A DNA stretch of 64,000 bases from Amoebidium appalachense (lineage: Eukaryota; Protista; Ichthyosporea), in NCBI GenBank assembly GCA_963693365.1, contig CAVNZM010000002.1:13301615-13365614 (forward strand), written 5' to 3'. The position numbers were made by a program, and so were the translations under genes. Shown here piece by piece: positions 1 through 47,108 of this stretch. How positions within the stretch are numbered: position 1 is the first letter of the stretch; each line of letters opens with the position of its first letter. Below the pieces are notes generated by a model. It worked only from the letters and a program-made list of their open reading frames with translations, had not been told where the DNA came from and searched no databases.

Positions 1-135
1 TAAAATCAATATGAAAAGGTCTTATATCATCCCGACCCCTCCCCCCCAGTTCTCGGATTTTCCATATCCCCCCCCCACCCCCCACCCCCCTCCACTTCCC
101 CCGGGCTCCACTTGGAACATGAGTCCATTGCTCAC

Positions 136-9900
<9,765 letters not shown>

Positions 9901-10867
9901 GATGCCTGACCCCTAGCCCTTATGCTGAGAACTTGGCCCACCAGCGACTGCTTAAGCCCAGTGCTGTTTTTAACGGGGTATGACTGCAAGAAAAAAGACT
10001 CCACTCGTCGCTGTATAAATATATGCTGATGTGTGGCACTGTGTGGTTTTGCGAGCGGGGTGTGTTTGCAGGCTGCCAGCTAAGGGCACAAAAAAAAGTC
10101 GCTGCGTTTTGGTGTGGTCCGCATCACTAATGTGTGTCAACTCGTCTGTAAGCTCTACACATCTTTGATGCCTGCGCACGTATGTCCTGGTGTTTACACG
10201 TGTGCTGTGGCTTGGACATGTATGTTGTGGTATTGAATTTGGCAGTGTGTGTCAAAATGGGCTCTGCACTGAGCGGTTCTGGGTGGTTGCTTGTTGACTA
10301 ACGTTTTTTGCTTGGTGCCAACGAAACAAAGTCTTCCTTAACAGGCACTTTCTGTTGTGCCCTTAGAAGATATAAAGGCGGTGGTGGCGTACTCTACGTC
10401 AGGATTGCATGTTAGGGGTGCTCGGGAGCATCTTCATATTCTTTCGTTTGCTTGGACTCTCTTGTTAGGATCATATCCAGCCTTTTCTGTGGCAGGGGAG
10501 AGGGTTACGTAACTGTGAGCCACAACTTAGAGCCGACAGGCCAACCCGCAGTTGCGTCATAGGTAGTTCTTCAGGAACCGATTAGAAAGTACAAATAGTA
10601 GAGTATGAGTGAACGCACTTTAGATTATTTTGCTTGAAAAACCGACGCACCAAGACACGCACCAAGTCACTGACGCACTTAGGCCCCAGCCGGCGACTTT
10701 CTCTTATTACAAAGCAAATACACATGTATATAGAAAAGTTATAATAGCGATGAATTGTTTCCTGTTTCAGCCCTGTAACTTCTAGTGACCAGAGTATGGG
10801 CTCTATGTGTGTTTTTAGGTAGCAGGGCCCATAATTGCGCTGGCATGTGCTGGCACCAACACCAGCC

Positions 10868-13800
10868 ATGGAGCAAGGTGTGTGTCAGTTTACCCTTACA
10901 CCGCCACGTGCCACGTGCTGTCCCCTGACCCATGTCTTGCTGAGCAGATGAAGAGGCTGGGCTTGCTGCGAGAGTGCAGGGCCTGGTGCTGGAGGCAAAA
11001 GGGGTGCAGGCAGGTACGTGGGGATGACGTGAAAGGGGAAGTAATAAGGGGGCATGGCTGATGTTTCTGTTAGCACCTAGCACAGGCACACGTCAGGGTA
11101 GGGGTGAGGAGGGGGAGGCAGACCCACTTGCAGACAGCGAGCTGGATGTGGATTTCGTGTGCACGGCATACAAGATAGGCCATAGTGTGCTGGAAAAGTA
11201 CGTGCTGCTGCGCCAATTAGGCAGGTGGGTGCCCTGTGAATGAAGAAGTCCCCCTGTCCGTATCTTGGGTTTCTGAGAGAGGCTTGGTTGCCATCAATGA
11301 TGAGAGCTAATTTCGAGCACAGCTACGGCATTAATGTTGAAGGCTTAATAAGAGTCAAAAGTGCAGGTCGATTCATCCGTAGGGCTTATTTGTGTGTGAT
11401 GTGTATACGTGGCATGTGCACACTACATGTGGGCTATACGTGTGTATATGTGTGTGCGACCTGAATCATAAAGGTAGGGGCGTGAACATGTGCGCAGAAC
11501 TTCTGAGGCTCCGATATGCTTCTGTTTCTCTGCATGTCCACACCTGCTGTTCCATTTTTTGATTTTATTAAGTGTTTGCACTGTGTATTCATACACGTGT
11601 GTACCAAGCACACAAAGACGGACCTATGCAGCCAGGGGTCTGTTTTGCAAACCACGTCTTTGCGCATGCACACTTATCTATGTACCCCTTCCACACATTA
11701 GTAGGCCCGAATTTCGTCAACCACATCTCCACAGCCAGATTCTGTGGCCTTGCTGAAGAGCTCCTATATACAGCTGTAAACAAAGCCAGGTCACTATTTG
11801 GTACTTGAAACTCTGCCCACCCACAAAACATGCCAATCAGCACATGCACCAGCTAAATGCTCTCTTGTGTGGACCGTGTGCTTATCGAAAACACAACCTC
11901 CCTTACAGGGGCAACTTCTCATACGTGTTCCTTGTGCGGCGACGCTCAGACAAACAACTTTATGCACTCAAGTTAGTAATCAAGAGCAGACTGCTGGAGG
12001 CAAAACGGCTGCAGCAGGAGATAGATGCACTGAGAAAGGCATCGGGCCACCAGAATGTCGTGGCATTTAGTGAGGAGTTTAGCGATGATCATAATCAATA
12101 CATTGTGCTTGAATAGTAAGTGCGCCCTCCCTCCCCCCCCCCCTCCCCCCCCCCCCCCCCCTCCCCCCGCCCGCCGCCCCGCCCCTCCTTCCCCAACACG
12201 CGCACACAAATACATAGACATGGACATGATACGCATCTTGCTTCTGCGCGCGCACACACCAACGATATTGCCTTCCCTCCTTCCTTCTTCCCCCCCCCCC
12301 CCCCCCCCCCCCCTCCCCCCCCTCCTCCTTCTCTTGCCCCCGCCGTTCCCACAAGCACACATACACGCAATCCACAGTTCATGCATCTTGCCCTCTCTCC
12401 CCCCTCCCCCCACCCCCCTCTTCCGCCCCCTTCCCCGGCGCTCCAGCCCCCTGCCCGGCCCCCCCCTGGGACCCTGTCATTCACACACACACACCCAGTA
12501 TGCATCTCGTGTGAGTCTATGACGTGTCCAATCCGACATCGTTTTAGGTGCAAAGTGTTCTTGCACACTCTGTTAAACAGTCAGCATGTGCCGTGAGATT
12601 GCGGTGACTGACTGGGCATGGTGGCAGCTGTCCTGGTGGGGAGCTGCTTGACTACCTGATAGACCAGAACAATCTGAGTGAGAGGACTGCTGCATATGTT
12701 ATGCAGGAGGTCTTTAAGGGGGTGGCTCACCTGCACAGGTGTGCACATCCTTCTTAGTCCCTGTTGCTAGTGCCTATGAAGGGTCTCCACTTGCCAAGTA
12801 AATTGCCTTTCTCAAAAATGAAAAATGATGCTGGCCGTATTCTTTATAGGGAGATTTGTTGGTACTGCTTCTGCACCTTGCTATAAATACGCATGAAGAA
12901 CAATGACACAACTGAGGATTGGCCTGTCGGTTCCAAGTTGTGGCTCTCTTTGTGGCTCACAGTTACGAAAGGGGGCCCTACGTGTGCTATCTTTTTGAGT
13001 GTGAAGTTGTGTATGCATGAATGTGTGCCTGTGTGGGAAGGTAGGTAGTAGGTAGATGTGCGGTTGCATATGTCGGCTTGTACATGTACGTGTGCGCATA
13101 CTGACAGTTGCATCAGCAAGGGCATAGTGCACCGGGACCTCAAACCGGACAACATACTACTGGCCGACAGGAAAGACCCCACCAAGGGGATTAAACTGAG
13201 CGATTTCGGTGTGGTCTACCTCTACCAGGTGTGCGCATACACCTTAACCCCTGCTAAACGAACATACACGAAGTATGTAGGTTATTTAAAGATGTAGATT
13301 GTTTAATAAGTGAGGGGGGCATAGTATAAATTCAGGTGTGATTTACAGTGGCTGGATAAGGAGGTGTGGGGGGTTAGAGAAGGGGGGGGAGGGGGAGGGG
13401 GGGATACTATTTCTCAGTTGTATTGGAGGTGAGGAGGGGGGAAGGTGGGGTTGGAGCGGCGAAGCAAGTGAATCTTGCATGTGTCCGCAAAGAGGTGTGC
13501 GGGAGTGGCTTCTTATTGGTGGGAAATGGCAGGAGGATCTTCTGAGGGACGGGCAGGACCATGCCAGCATGCAGTCTACATGCGGCACCCCCCACTACAT
13601 GGGTAGGGCCCAATGTGCATGAATGTACTACTAGTAGAAGTGGGTGAAGAGGAGCAGTGCTACGTGCGTGCACATAGGTGCCTTGATGTGGGTGTACGTG
13701 TTTTGTTTCGGCTAGGTGCTGGTGCTGCACACACTACCTGTGTACACGTGTGTGTGCGTGTGTGTGCGTGTGTGTGTGTGTGTGCGCCTTGTTTTTGGGG

Positions 13801-14232
13801 GGGGGGGGGGAGGGGGGGGGGTGGAGGGAGTGGAAGGTGAACGGGAGAGTGGGGAGGGTTGGTGGGTGGGTTGGGCGGGGGGGGGGGGGGGGGGGGGGGG
13901 GGAGGGGGAGGAGGGGATGCTGTAAGTTGGGCCAGGTGGTGAATATACTGATGGGTGGGGTTGGCAGCACCCGAGATCCTGCAGGGCAAGAAGTATGACC
14001 ATGCATGCGACCTGTGGAGCTGTGGGGTACGTGCGCACCGGTAGTGGATTCATCGGGGGGCAGGGGGGGGGATGGAGGGGAGGGGGAGGGGGGAGGGAGG
14101 GAGGGGTAACCCCGCGAGGCTGAGGAGGAAGAGAGGAATGGAAACAGGGGCTGGCCAAGTGGGAAGGATGATGAAGAGCAGAGGGGGCAAGTGTGTTATA
14201 AGGGGGAAATTGGGCGGGGCGTTGGGGGAGGG

Positions 14233-14263
<31 letters not shown>

Positions 14264-14643
14264 CGGAGGGGAGGGGCTGAGAAAGGGTGATGGGGGGTGC
14301 TTGTGCTGATGTTTATGTCTGTGCAGGTGATCCTATACAACCTGCTGTCGGGCATGTACCCGTTTGATGATGAGGCTGGCACCCTGTCTATGATGCGAGA
14401 CATCATGGCTGGAAAATACAGCTTCAACCACCCGGGGTGGGCCGGCATATCGGCATCAGGTGGGTGTGTTTATGGTTTGTGTTAATTTGTTTTGTGTTGT
14501 GGGCGTGCGTGTGTGTGTGTGTGTGCGCGCGCGCGTGTGTGTGTGTGTGTGTGTTGGCATGGTTAGAGATAATTAAGGTTGGGAGGAAAGGGGGAAGCGG
14601 GGGAGATTTAGATTTTGTGTAGGTGGGCATGGTACGGTGGATG

Positions 14644-14686
<43 letters not shown>

Positions 14687-14938
14687 TTTGTGTTGTGTGC
14701 ATGTAAGTGTGTATGCATGCATCTAAGGCCGATGAAATGAATCAGTGTTGGTATGGATTGTAATGTGGATATGTTGGTGTGTATAAGTCGGTGTTGGTGT
14801 AGGCGGTACTTGTGTGTGTGTGTGTATGTCTGTTTGTTTGTGTTTGTGTGTGTGCGCGCTCATGTGCGTGCGCGCACGCGCACGCGCGTGTGTGTGCGCG
14901 TGTGTGTCCGTGTTTGTGTGTGGTAGGCTGGTGACCCC

Positions 14939-14977
<39 letters not shown>

Positions 14978-15575
14978 CGGATTCTGACCGGGACGGACAG
15001 CCAAAAATCTTATTTCTGGGCTGCTGAAGGCCGAGCCACTAGAGAGACTATCTGCCAACGAGGCACTCAGGCACCCATGGATCAAGGTGAGTGCACACCA
15101 CGGTGGGGTGGTGATTGTGTGTGGGTTAAATTTCAGTAACCTGATTTTAGCGGAGTTACGGGTGGAATATGTTTTGTAGGCAGCATGACAGTTGGGATTT
15201 GTGTGATGCAGAGGCTGGGGCTATGTAGTGACAATTGGTATTTGGTTTTCTTGTAACGCAGAAAGGGAGTAGGCTTATGTGTGTGATATATTGCAGCCAG
15301 ATGAAGGATATATTTTTTTTTGGGGGGCGGGGGGGGGGGGAGGGGGGGGGGAGGGGAGGATAGGGCCAACTGTATATGGTGCACACGGACATGTTTATTC
15401 GCCAAGGGGATTCTGGGCAGTCTTTCGTTCGGTAGGCAAGACAGATATCTGGTGCTTTCAAGGTGTGTATCCACAAAGGAGATTAATGAAGCGAAGAGCC
15501 TAATAATAAGCTTATACACTTGCCTCTAATGTGATATGCATGCAGTTTCTTGGGGACCGCAGCAAGCTGGTGTGA
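10868..15575 (+). CDS. CAMK-group Ser/Thr protein kinase (CaMKI/STK33-like), ~11 exons; terminal exon uncertain
   Basis: ATG GAG CAA G|GT at 10868. Spliced motifs: LGRGNFSYV, YALK, QEIDAL, YIVLEYCPGGELLDY, HRDLKPDN, KLSDFG, CGTPHYMAPE, CDLWSCGVILYNLLSG, RLSANEALRHPWIK. Putative last exon FLGDRSKLV* at 15546-15575. Confidence 0.9.
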
Positions 15576-15924
15576 GTGGCCCACTCAGGCAATTTTACCT
15601 GGGAGGGCCGATGCGACTTGGTGCCGTGGTATCTGCACTGCTGCACAACATTCGAGAATATCATGTGCTGGAGCCTCGGTGTAACGGCACACATAGATTG
15701 TGATCTAACGCTGGTTGTATGTGGATGAAATGCAACATGGAAGCACATATGTTCCCCTAGTTGACTAGTTGATGCATATGTATGAACGAAGGATTTATTA
15801 ATCATTTATGGGAAAGGGGCTGCTTTTGGGGTGTTACTGGGCAAATTGGTTAGTGCAATATTATTCTCCCTGTCTTTCCTCTGTTTAATTTCCATTTTTT
15901 TTCATTTTCATTTCCTTTCTGTGG

Positions 15925-15932
15925 TTTTTTTT

Positions 15933-15973
<41 letters not shown>

Positions 15974-16159
15974 GGCAGGATGTATTAGGCACGAATGTCT
16001 GGCAGCAGCAGCACACACACAATAGGTGATTATAAATCGGTAGGGTTTTTTTTTTTTTTTTTTTTTTTTTTTTGTGGGGGGGGGGGGGGGCAGGATGTAT
16101 TAGGCACGAATGTCTGGCAGCAGCAGCACACACACAATAGGTGTTTATAAATCGGTAGG
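15925..16159. repeat. Tandem duplication (~115 bp): Tn-Gn-unique 70 bp, two copies
   Basis: GGCAGGATGTATTAGGCACGAATGTCTGGCAGCAGCAGCACACACACAATAGGTG(A/T)TTATAAATCGGTAGG at ~15974 and ~16089. Confidence 0.85.
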
Positions 16160-16584
16160 CGGGGGTGCAGATGATAGCACACATAGTCCACACACTGATG
16201 GCGTTTGTAACTTCTAGTGGCTTATTATTATTAGGGCCATAGATCGACATTTACTGCAGAGCTATGGTGTATGTATGTTTTGCAAGTTGAACACAAATTA
16301 TATTATGTGACTGGTGCACACGACGTGAATTATAGAATTGTCTTGTGCAATGGATGATATACAAATACCATATGCATATGTATTAAATATCAGCTGCAGC
16401 CTCTGAGCACAAGGCCTCCCTCCCCCCCCCCCCCCCCCCCCCCCCCCGCGGCGCGCGGGACGATGGGGTCTCCTTACATTGCATACTCTATGTGTATGCA
16501 TATGCTCTTTTTTCCCCTGCAACATTTGCACATTTTTTTCCGTCGGGGATATGTACTCTGTAATTTGTTGCACAGCAAGGCTTT

Positions 16585-16637
<53 letters not shown>

Positions 16638-17084
16638 CCCCCCCCCCGTGCACGACAAAAATAAAATATTGAATATTTATCATCGTATAAAACGGCGCTG
16701 GCATATTGTGTGCAAATTTTCAATTCCTAGCGTAGTAAGCATGTTGAAGCGTCAAATTAATTAGTAGAGGCTGCATGAAGTCTGCAGTCCTATATAGCCG
16801 ACCCATGGTGTGTCATGGCCATGCATCCCAATGGCATCAGGCTGGCATCGGCCAGTATGTACGTGGCACTGCCCTCATGCATATGTTCCGATGATCCCCA
16901 TGATTGGCAGGCTGAGGTGGGCGAGGCAGCTTACTTAAGGAAAAATGAACTGTGAGACTGTGAACATGTGACTTGCAACTATGCACACATGGATGTAGCG
17001 GTAGCACGGCGTATCATACTTACTAAACAGCATATACGTACGTACATAATTTCATGATGGCACACACATTCTGGACAAAGGCGA

Positions 17085-17172
17085 TGACGTCATAATCCCG
17101 CCACGATCTGGGGGGCCTGCTGTTGGCATAACGGCCAACGGGTGTGGGGTTGGCGGGCGATTCAAATTTGAA
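17085..17172 (+). promoter_or_regulatory. Putative cell-cycle promoter cassette of the kinesin gene (CRE, Myb/MSA x2, E2F-like, CHR palindrome)
   Basis: TGACGTCA 17085-17092; TAACGG 17129-17134; CAACGG 17136-17141; TTGGCGGG 17150-17157; TTCAAATTTGAA 17161-17172. A likely 5'UTR donor AAG|GTATGT lies at 17544. Confidence 0.55.
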
Positions 17173-18866
17173 CTAGAGCATTTGAGAGAGATTATGCCCA
17201 TGACACCGTGACGGGGCCCTCTGCAGACATGTAGGACAAAGATTCTGCCGCCTTGACAGCATGATTATATTATAATTCCTATCGCAAGCCATATAGATCT
17301 AGACGACAGCGTGGTTAGTAAGAAACCGGCACGTAGGCGGTTGTTAGAGCCAAGCACATGCATTCAAGGTGGAGGCGGGGCACCCACATTCTTGGCGAGT
17401 GATAGACGGTAGTCGTTCTCAAGAGGTCTAACTTGGGCTAGACCTGTTGCCTCTTCATGTTTTTTGAAGATATGATGACTTCAGCAATAACAAGTGTCGC
17501 AGCGTAAACTGACGATAGCAGTGCGCGGCAAAGTATAACCAAGGTATGTATGCAGCGTGTAACGGCAGCCTATGGGTGGGTGTGTAAGTTTGCGCGTGTG
17601 CACTTTATATTGTGTCGTAAGTTAGTTTGCGGAGTACTCATATTTAGAATGTGGACCCCAACATGTTAGCCTGTGAATATACTGATGTGTTGTAGTCGGT
17701 AGTGCTATGTTGTCTGCTTACATATAAAAAATCAAACCACGTTAGCCTGTGAGATACATGGTGCTTTAACCTTCGGTCAGTCAAGCAAAGAAAGTCTTCT
17801 AGTGATCACGTTTCAAGTAGAATTGGTGCTGTTACTATAGTGGTTTTAGACAGGTGGTGTTGCTCCACTGCCATTCTGTGTGTTTCACAACTCCCTGTGG
17901 TTGAACCAAAGTTTGTAAAAGCTTGACAAGAAAACGGAGCTGTGTGTGGTTTGCATAAGTTGGGGGAACCCTATCTTCAGCATGCTTTGCCTTTCTGTGT
18001 TGGTACACATGTTTAACATGGTTGGCATGTGTGGGTGGTGAAGGCATGTGTGCGTGCCAAACTACGCAAAGTTGGGCAGGCGTGCGTGATTGCATGCGTG
18101 CGTGCGTGCGTGCATGTGTGAGGACGTGTGTGCGTGCGTGCGTGTCCGTGCGGGTGTGCAGTCGTTCGTACACGCGCGCACGTGCATGTGTGCTTGTGTG
18201 CGTGCGCGAGTGCGAGTGCGTGCGTGTGCGTGTGGATGTGCAGTCGCGCATACACATGCGCACGCGTGCGTGTGGATGCGTGTGCGTGGCATGCGTTCAT
18301 GCCCGTGCGGGTATGCAGTCGTTCGTACACACGTGTTCCTGTGTGTGTATATCCACACGCGGGTGTGTGCCCTCTCCATTTCTGTCTGTTGCAGCTGTGT
18401 GGGTTTATCTTTTGTGCATGATTTTCACCGCATGCACACCCTTCTTGCATGCCTATGCTTTCCCCATGAGTGCGACACTCACACGTTTGTCCTTTGTGTG
18501 TGTGTTTGTGTCCACAAGAACGTGTGCATGCCCGTGTTTGTGACTGTGTAATCGAGTGCGTGCCTGCGTGTGTGCATGGATCCCGGGGTATGTGTGTAAC
18601 TGTTCATGTATACCCTCTCTAACCATTTTCAATTTTACCTTCATGATTCCTCACAAGTGCTGTACATACCTGTTCACATGCGGCATTTTATGTGAACACC
18701 ACATCTTACGCATTGTCCGTGTGCAATGGGTGTGTGGATATGGGTGCTGCATGTTCACATTGCAAAGGTAGATCATGCATTTGGGCTGTCCACACGTGCG
18801 CGCGCGCACACACACGCACACACGCACACACTCACCACACACACTCACACGGTGCCTGCCTGCAGC

Positions 18867-30845
<11,979 letters not shown>

Positions 30846-31147
30846 CCCGGGATTTGGGGGGGGGGGGGGGGGGGGGGGGGGGGAGGGGGGGGGGGGGAGG
30901 TACGCGCGTATGAACATGGATAAATCTTAAGTTACTTTGAAAGGGTGGGCAGTAAGCTTGTGGTGGTGTGGGTTGGAGCTGCGTCCGATGAAAGGACTAA
31001 GTGCAGCCTTTTTTATATTTATTTTTTGTGTAAATACGGGAATAATTGCAGGTGCACCTATGCTACTCTTATGATAGTTCTATAAGGTTGCTGCACTGGT
31101 CGTAATTTCACTGGTATGAAAGACTGGCGTTAAAAGAAAACGGCGCG

Positions 31148-31188
<41 letters not shown>

Positions 31189-31432
31189 ACTAATTTATAC
31201 TAAATAAAGAGTAAAAGAAATTACAAGGCCAGGCTGTCTTGTATATGATGCTAGCGTATGGTAAATTCTTTCTCTGCCCTGAGCTCTGAACGATGTTTTT
31301 GAATTGATTTCTGTGCACTTCAAATTGTTAGGTACACAAAAATTTCATCTGGTGCAGCCTAGCAACCCCTCCCCCCCCCCCCTCCCTCCCCCCCCCCCCC
31401 CCCCCCCCCCCCCCCCGCCTCCCCCTTCTCCA

Positions 31433-31466
<34 letters not shown>

Positions 31467-32186
31467 CTGATAAATGGGTGGAACCCAACGGCAGTTGCAG
31501 GATAAAATCGTCGCCACCGGCCAGGTGATGGCAGCTAGCTAGTAACTAAAGCCACAGGTGTCGGCTAGACTATTGAGTTCCAAGTTTTTTTCTTCCGGGT
31601 GTGCACCCCACATTCAATTTTTTTCACATACTATCCCTCATCAATAGTTCAACGAAAGTGTGGTTGTCTCAACCTGTACATACACAATGTACGAATTCCT
31701 ATGATCCGGCGGTGTGACACCCGCCGGGCCCATATACACGAGACACAGAAGTAGAAGGTCTATTGAAATTTCAGCTGCAGTGTACCGTACCGTACTTGTG
31801 GCCTTGGTGCCGGCGCCTCATCACAGCTCACATAGCCTAGGTACATCTCGATAAAAAAAAAAAAAAAAAAAGTGGGAACCGATTGTACGTACCATGAGCA
31901 GCACAGGGCTTGTAATGTAATCAATCGTGGCCGGTGCGTCCGAACCCTGCACAATTACGTGATGCCTTTTACGTGCTGTTGTGGCGCCAAAAAGCTGCGC
32001 CCCAGTTGTGCTAGGTTTCTTGTAGGCTACAAAAGGCTCTAGGCTATGCACTAGGTTTGTAAACATCACAGAGAACAGAAACACAGGCAGATAGGCAGCA
32101 TATCCTTCGTGCTGGCATACACAGGCACAGTGCGCTACACACACGCGCGCGCGCTCGTGCACACATTCTCGCACACACAGGCAGAT

Positions 32187-32295
32187 AGCCCCCCGCAGCC
32201 ACACCTGCACGCCCTGCCTGCAGGCATCAGCAGGCAGGCAGCCCCCCGCAGCCACACCTGCACGCCCTGCCTGCAGGCATCAGCAGGCAGGCAGC
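32187..32295 (+). repeat. 53-bp tandem duplication immediately upstream of the KAT2 start codon
   Basis: GCCCCCCGCAGCCACACCTGCACGCCCTGCCTGCAGGCATCAGCAGGCAGGCA at 32188 and 32241. Confidence 0.9.
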
Positions 32296-44183
<11,888 letters not shown>

Positions 44184-44640
44184 GGGGTGGTGCCTGCATG
44201 GGTGGCTGGACATGGGGGGACCGAATGAATGACCGTGCGAATGCCTGGACCCCCACACCCACACCCAGAATACTCTGCTATAGACCAAGAAAAAAATAAC
44301 AATAATAGTGTATGATAATAAATACAGCCACACCAAGCTGTGCTTTGTGTGTGCATGTGTCCCCGTAGACAAATATTGGGGCTTTCACTTGAATAAAAGT
44401 TTAATGTGAGGGAGAGATTGCAGTGGCGTGCACATGCGCTTACGAAATTAGGCGTACTAATGTGCACATGTTTCTCTTTTGTTGTGTGCCTGTGTCTATA
44501 TCTCTGCACGTGTGTGTGTGTGTGTGCAGGCGTAGTACCACGGGTTTAAACGTGTGTGTGGGTAGGACGGTAGGTGTGTGTGGGGCGAGTTGGGTTCGAG
44601 GCAGGAGAAAGTACTGGGGAGGGAGGTGTGTGTGTACGTG

Positions 44641-44720
<80 letters not shown>

Positions 44721-45104
44721 TGTGTATTTGTGTGTGTCCATGCGTGCGTGCTTGTGTGTGTGTGTGTGTGCGTGCGTGTGTGTGTGTGTGTGTGTGTGCA
44801 TATGTGCATGTGTGCGTGTGTGCGTGCTTGTGTGTGTGTGTGTGTGTGTGTGTGTTTTTTTTTTTTTGGGGGGGGGGGGGGGGGAGGGAAGGGAGGGGAG
44901 GGGGGGGGGGGGGGGGGGGGGAGGGGGGGGGGAGGATGGAGAATCCCGTACACACCCCTTCTCTGATGCTTCAAGTAATGTGTGTGTGCTATATTTGGGT
45001 GCCAGCACCTGCCTTGTACCCGGGCCATACCGGTGACCCTGTGTGGGTGGGGCCAGCCCACCCTCATAACCTGCCATGCACGTGCATGCCTGCCTGCCTG
45101 CCGC

Positions 45105-45201
45105 CTACTTCATTTTGCCCTTCTCAACAAAGAGCACGTGTCGGCCCACTGTACCCCCACCCAACACTGTCAGTCACAGAAGATAGCTCAGCGTTTATAT
45201 G

Positions 45202-45235
<34 letters not shown>

Positions 45236-46730
45236 ACGGATCAGACTCTGCTCCCTCTTTCCTCCCCGGGCCCCTCACCCCCTCTTTCTTCTCATCCTCC
45301 CCTCCCCCCCCCCTCAACCCCTCTCCACACACACACCACCACCACCACCATCAAGCATGTACAAATGTCCACACCGCTCTCCCAAAAGACAGATACATAC
45401 GTTCACAGACATACCACAGAACAAGGAAAATGGACACACTCACGCCAGCATGCGCACACGTGCCTCATCTCCTCCACACACACCCCACCCCCTCAACACA
45501 CACACACATGCATTACAGACCTACGGTGTGCACACCCAGTTGTGTTTAAAAACCAAACCCAATACACTTACGCCACTACCAACAACCCCATCCCCCCCTG
45601 CCCTCCCCCCCCCGGGGCTCCCAGCCGGTTGGGTATGCCCCTTGTCTTATCGCATTCCCTTATAAACACGAAAAAAATGGTGTGTGCTGTGTACATACAC
45701 AGGTGTGGGTTTTGGCTCGCAAACGAATAGACACTCAATGGCAGCATCAAAACTCACAAGTTACACGCCTGCAACTTGGCTGACTGAGAACAAGTGCACA
45801 CTAGCTCACCATGCTAACCAAGAAAACCCCATGCAGTCTAAGCACAAAAACTATGCAAAATGTTCTGCACACACAAAAAACACAACACGGGGCACACAAG
45901 TACAAGGTGTGCGAGTAGTGTGCGTGCATAACCAAAAAAAAGGCAAACTTGCTCACACATCCCAGGCGATGACAGGCAAAGAAAAAAACATAAGGTCATG
46001 CGCAGACACGGACAACGATGTCACGTCCCAGCCTCTTGCACAGAACACCCCAAGCCCTCCTCCCTCGAGTCCCCCCCCTCCCCCCCCCCCCCTCCCTCCC
46101 CCCGGTCGTCCATTCTGCTCTTTCTGCGTGCTTGTCCACCTTTTCCCAACCTCTCCTTGGCTTCGTCGTGCTTTCTTTTCTTACCTGCACGCAAGCATAA
46201 ACCTAGAAACAACATGCAGAACCAGAACAGATGCTTCTCTTTCTCCATCCTTCCTAACTCACATCCCTTTCACGTCCTCTCGTCCTTGCCCTCTCGTCCT
46301 TGCCCTTTCCCCCCTTCCCCCTCATGCCTCATGCCCCTTGCTCCCTTCCCCCCTCCCCCCTCTCCCTCTAGCCTTCTCATCCTTCTCCTTCACCCCCCCC
46401 CCCCCCCCCCCCCCCCCCCTCCCCCTCCCCCCCTCCCCCCACCTTCCCCACCCTCCACACCCCACCCCCCTGCGTCCCAACTACATGTACTCACCTACTG
46501 GGTCGTACTTCTTCAGCGTCAACTTCGGTGTTAGCTTGTTCCTCATAGTGGTGTAGTGGTAACCGGTGCCCGCCGCACTCATTAGCCGCACAACAATGTT
46601 CCTGCCTGCCCTGTTAGCAACTAATACGCCCACACTCGGGAACTCAACATGCCTTCGTGTATTCAATCGCTTCAGCTGCAGCTGCTGTAGGTTTCTCCAG
46701 TGGATGACTTGCCCAGCAGCCCCTCCCCCC

Positions 46731-46794
<64 letters not shown>

Positions 46795-47108
46795 CACCAC
46801 CACCACCACCACCACCACCACCACCACCACCACCACTTCCTTTCCGTTCCTTCTCCCCTCTCCCCTCCACTCCCTCCTGTTAAGGGCACTACTTATGGTT
46901 CGTACTCTCTGTGTCTGTTCTTCTTTAATTCAACCTGCATTGCGTACTCTGTAACGCATCAAACCAACCCCAGTCCCTCACCCCCCTTCCCCCACCCCCC
47001 CCACCCCCCCCTCTTCCCCCTCCCCCCCCTCCCCCCTCCGTCCTCCCCCCCCCCCCTCCCCTGCTCTCCTTCTCCTCCCTCCCCCACGCACCTCGCCTGC
47101 TTGGCCAT
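45105..47108 (-). CDS. MRPL33: Mitochondrial ribosomal protein bL33m (L33); exons 47108-47092, 46601-46495, 45148-45105
   Basis: Spliced product [55 protein letters not shown], with the L33 signatures SxAGTG and KYDP..HVLF.E. Splice phases are consistent. Confidence 0.93.

Noticed and set aside
9901-10867. tRNA or ncRNA in the complex intergenic regions (also 16680-17540 and 30900-32100)
   Set aside because: No cloverleaf, A/B boxes or recognisable RNA motif by eye. A covariance-model search would be needed.
15546-15575. Peroxisomal PTS1 in the kinase (SKL)
   Set aside because: SKL is followed by V before the stop, so it is not terminal, and the exon itself is uncertain.
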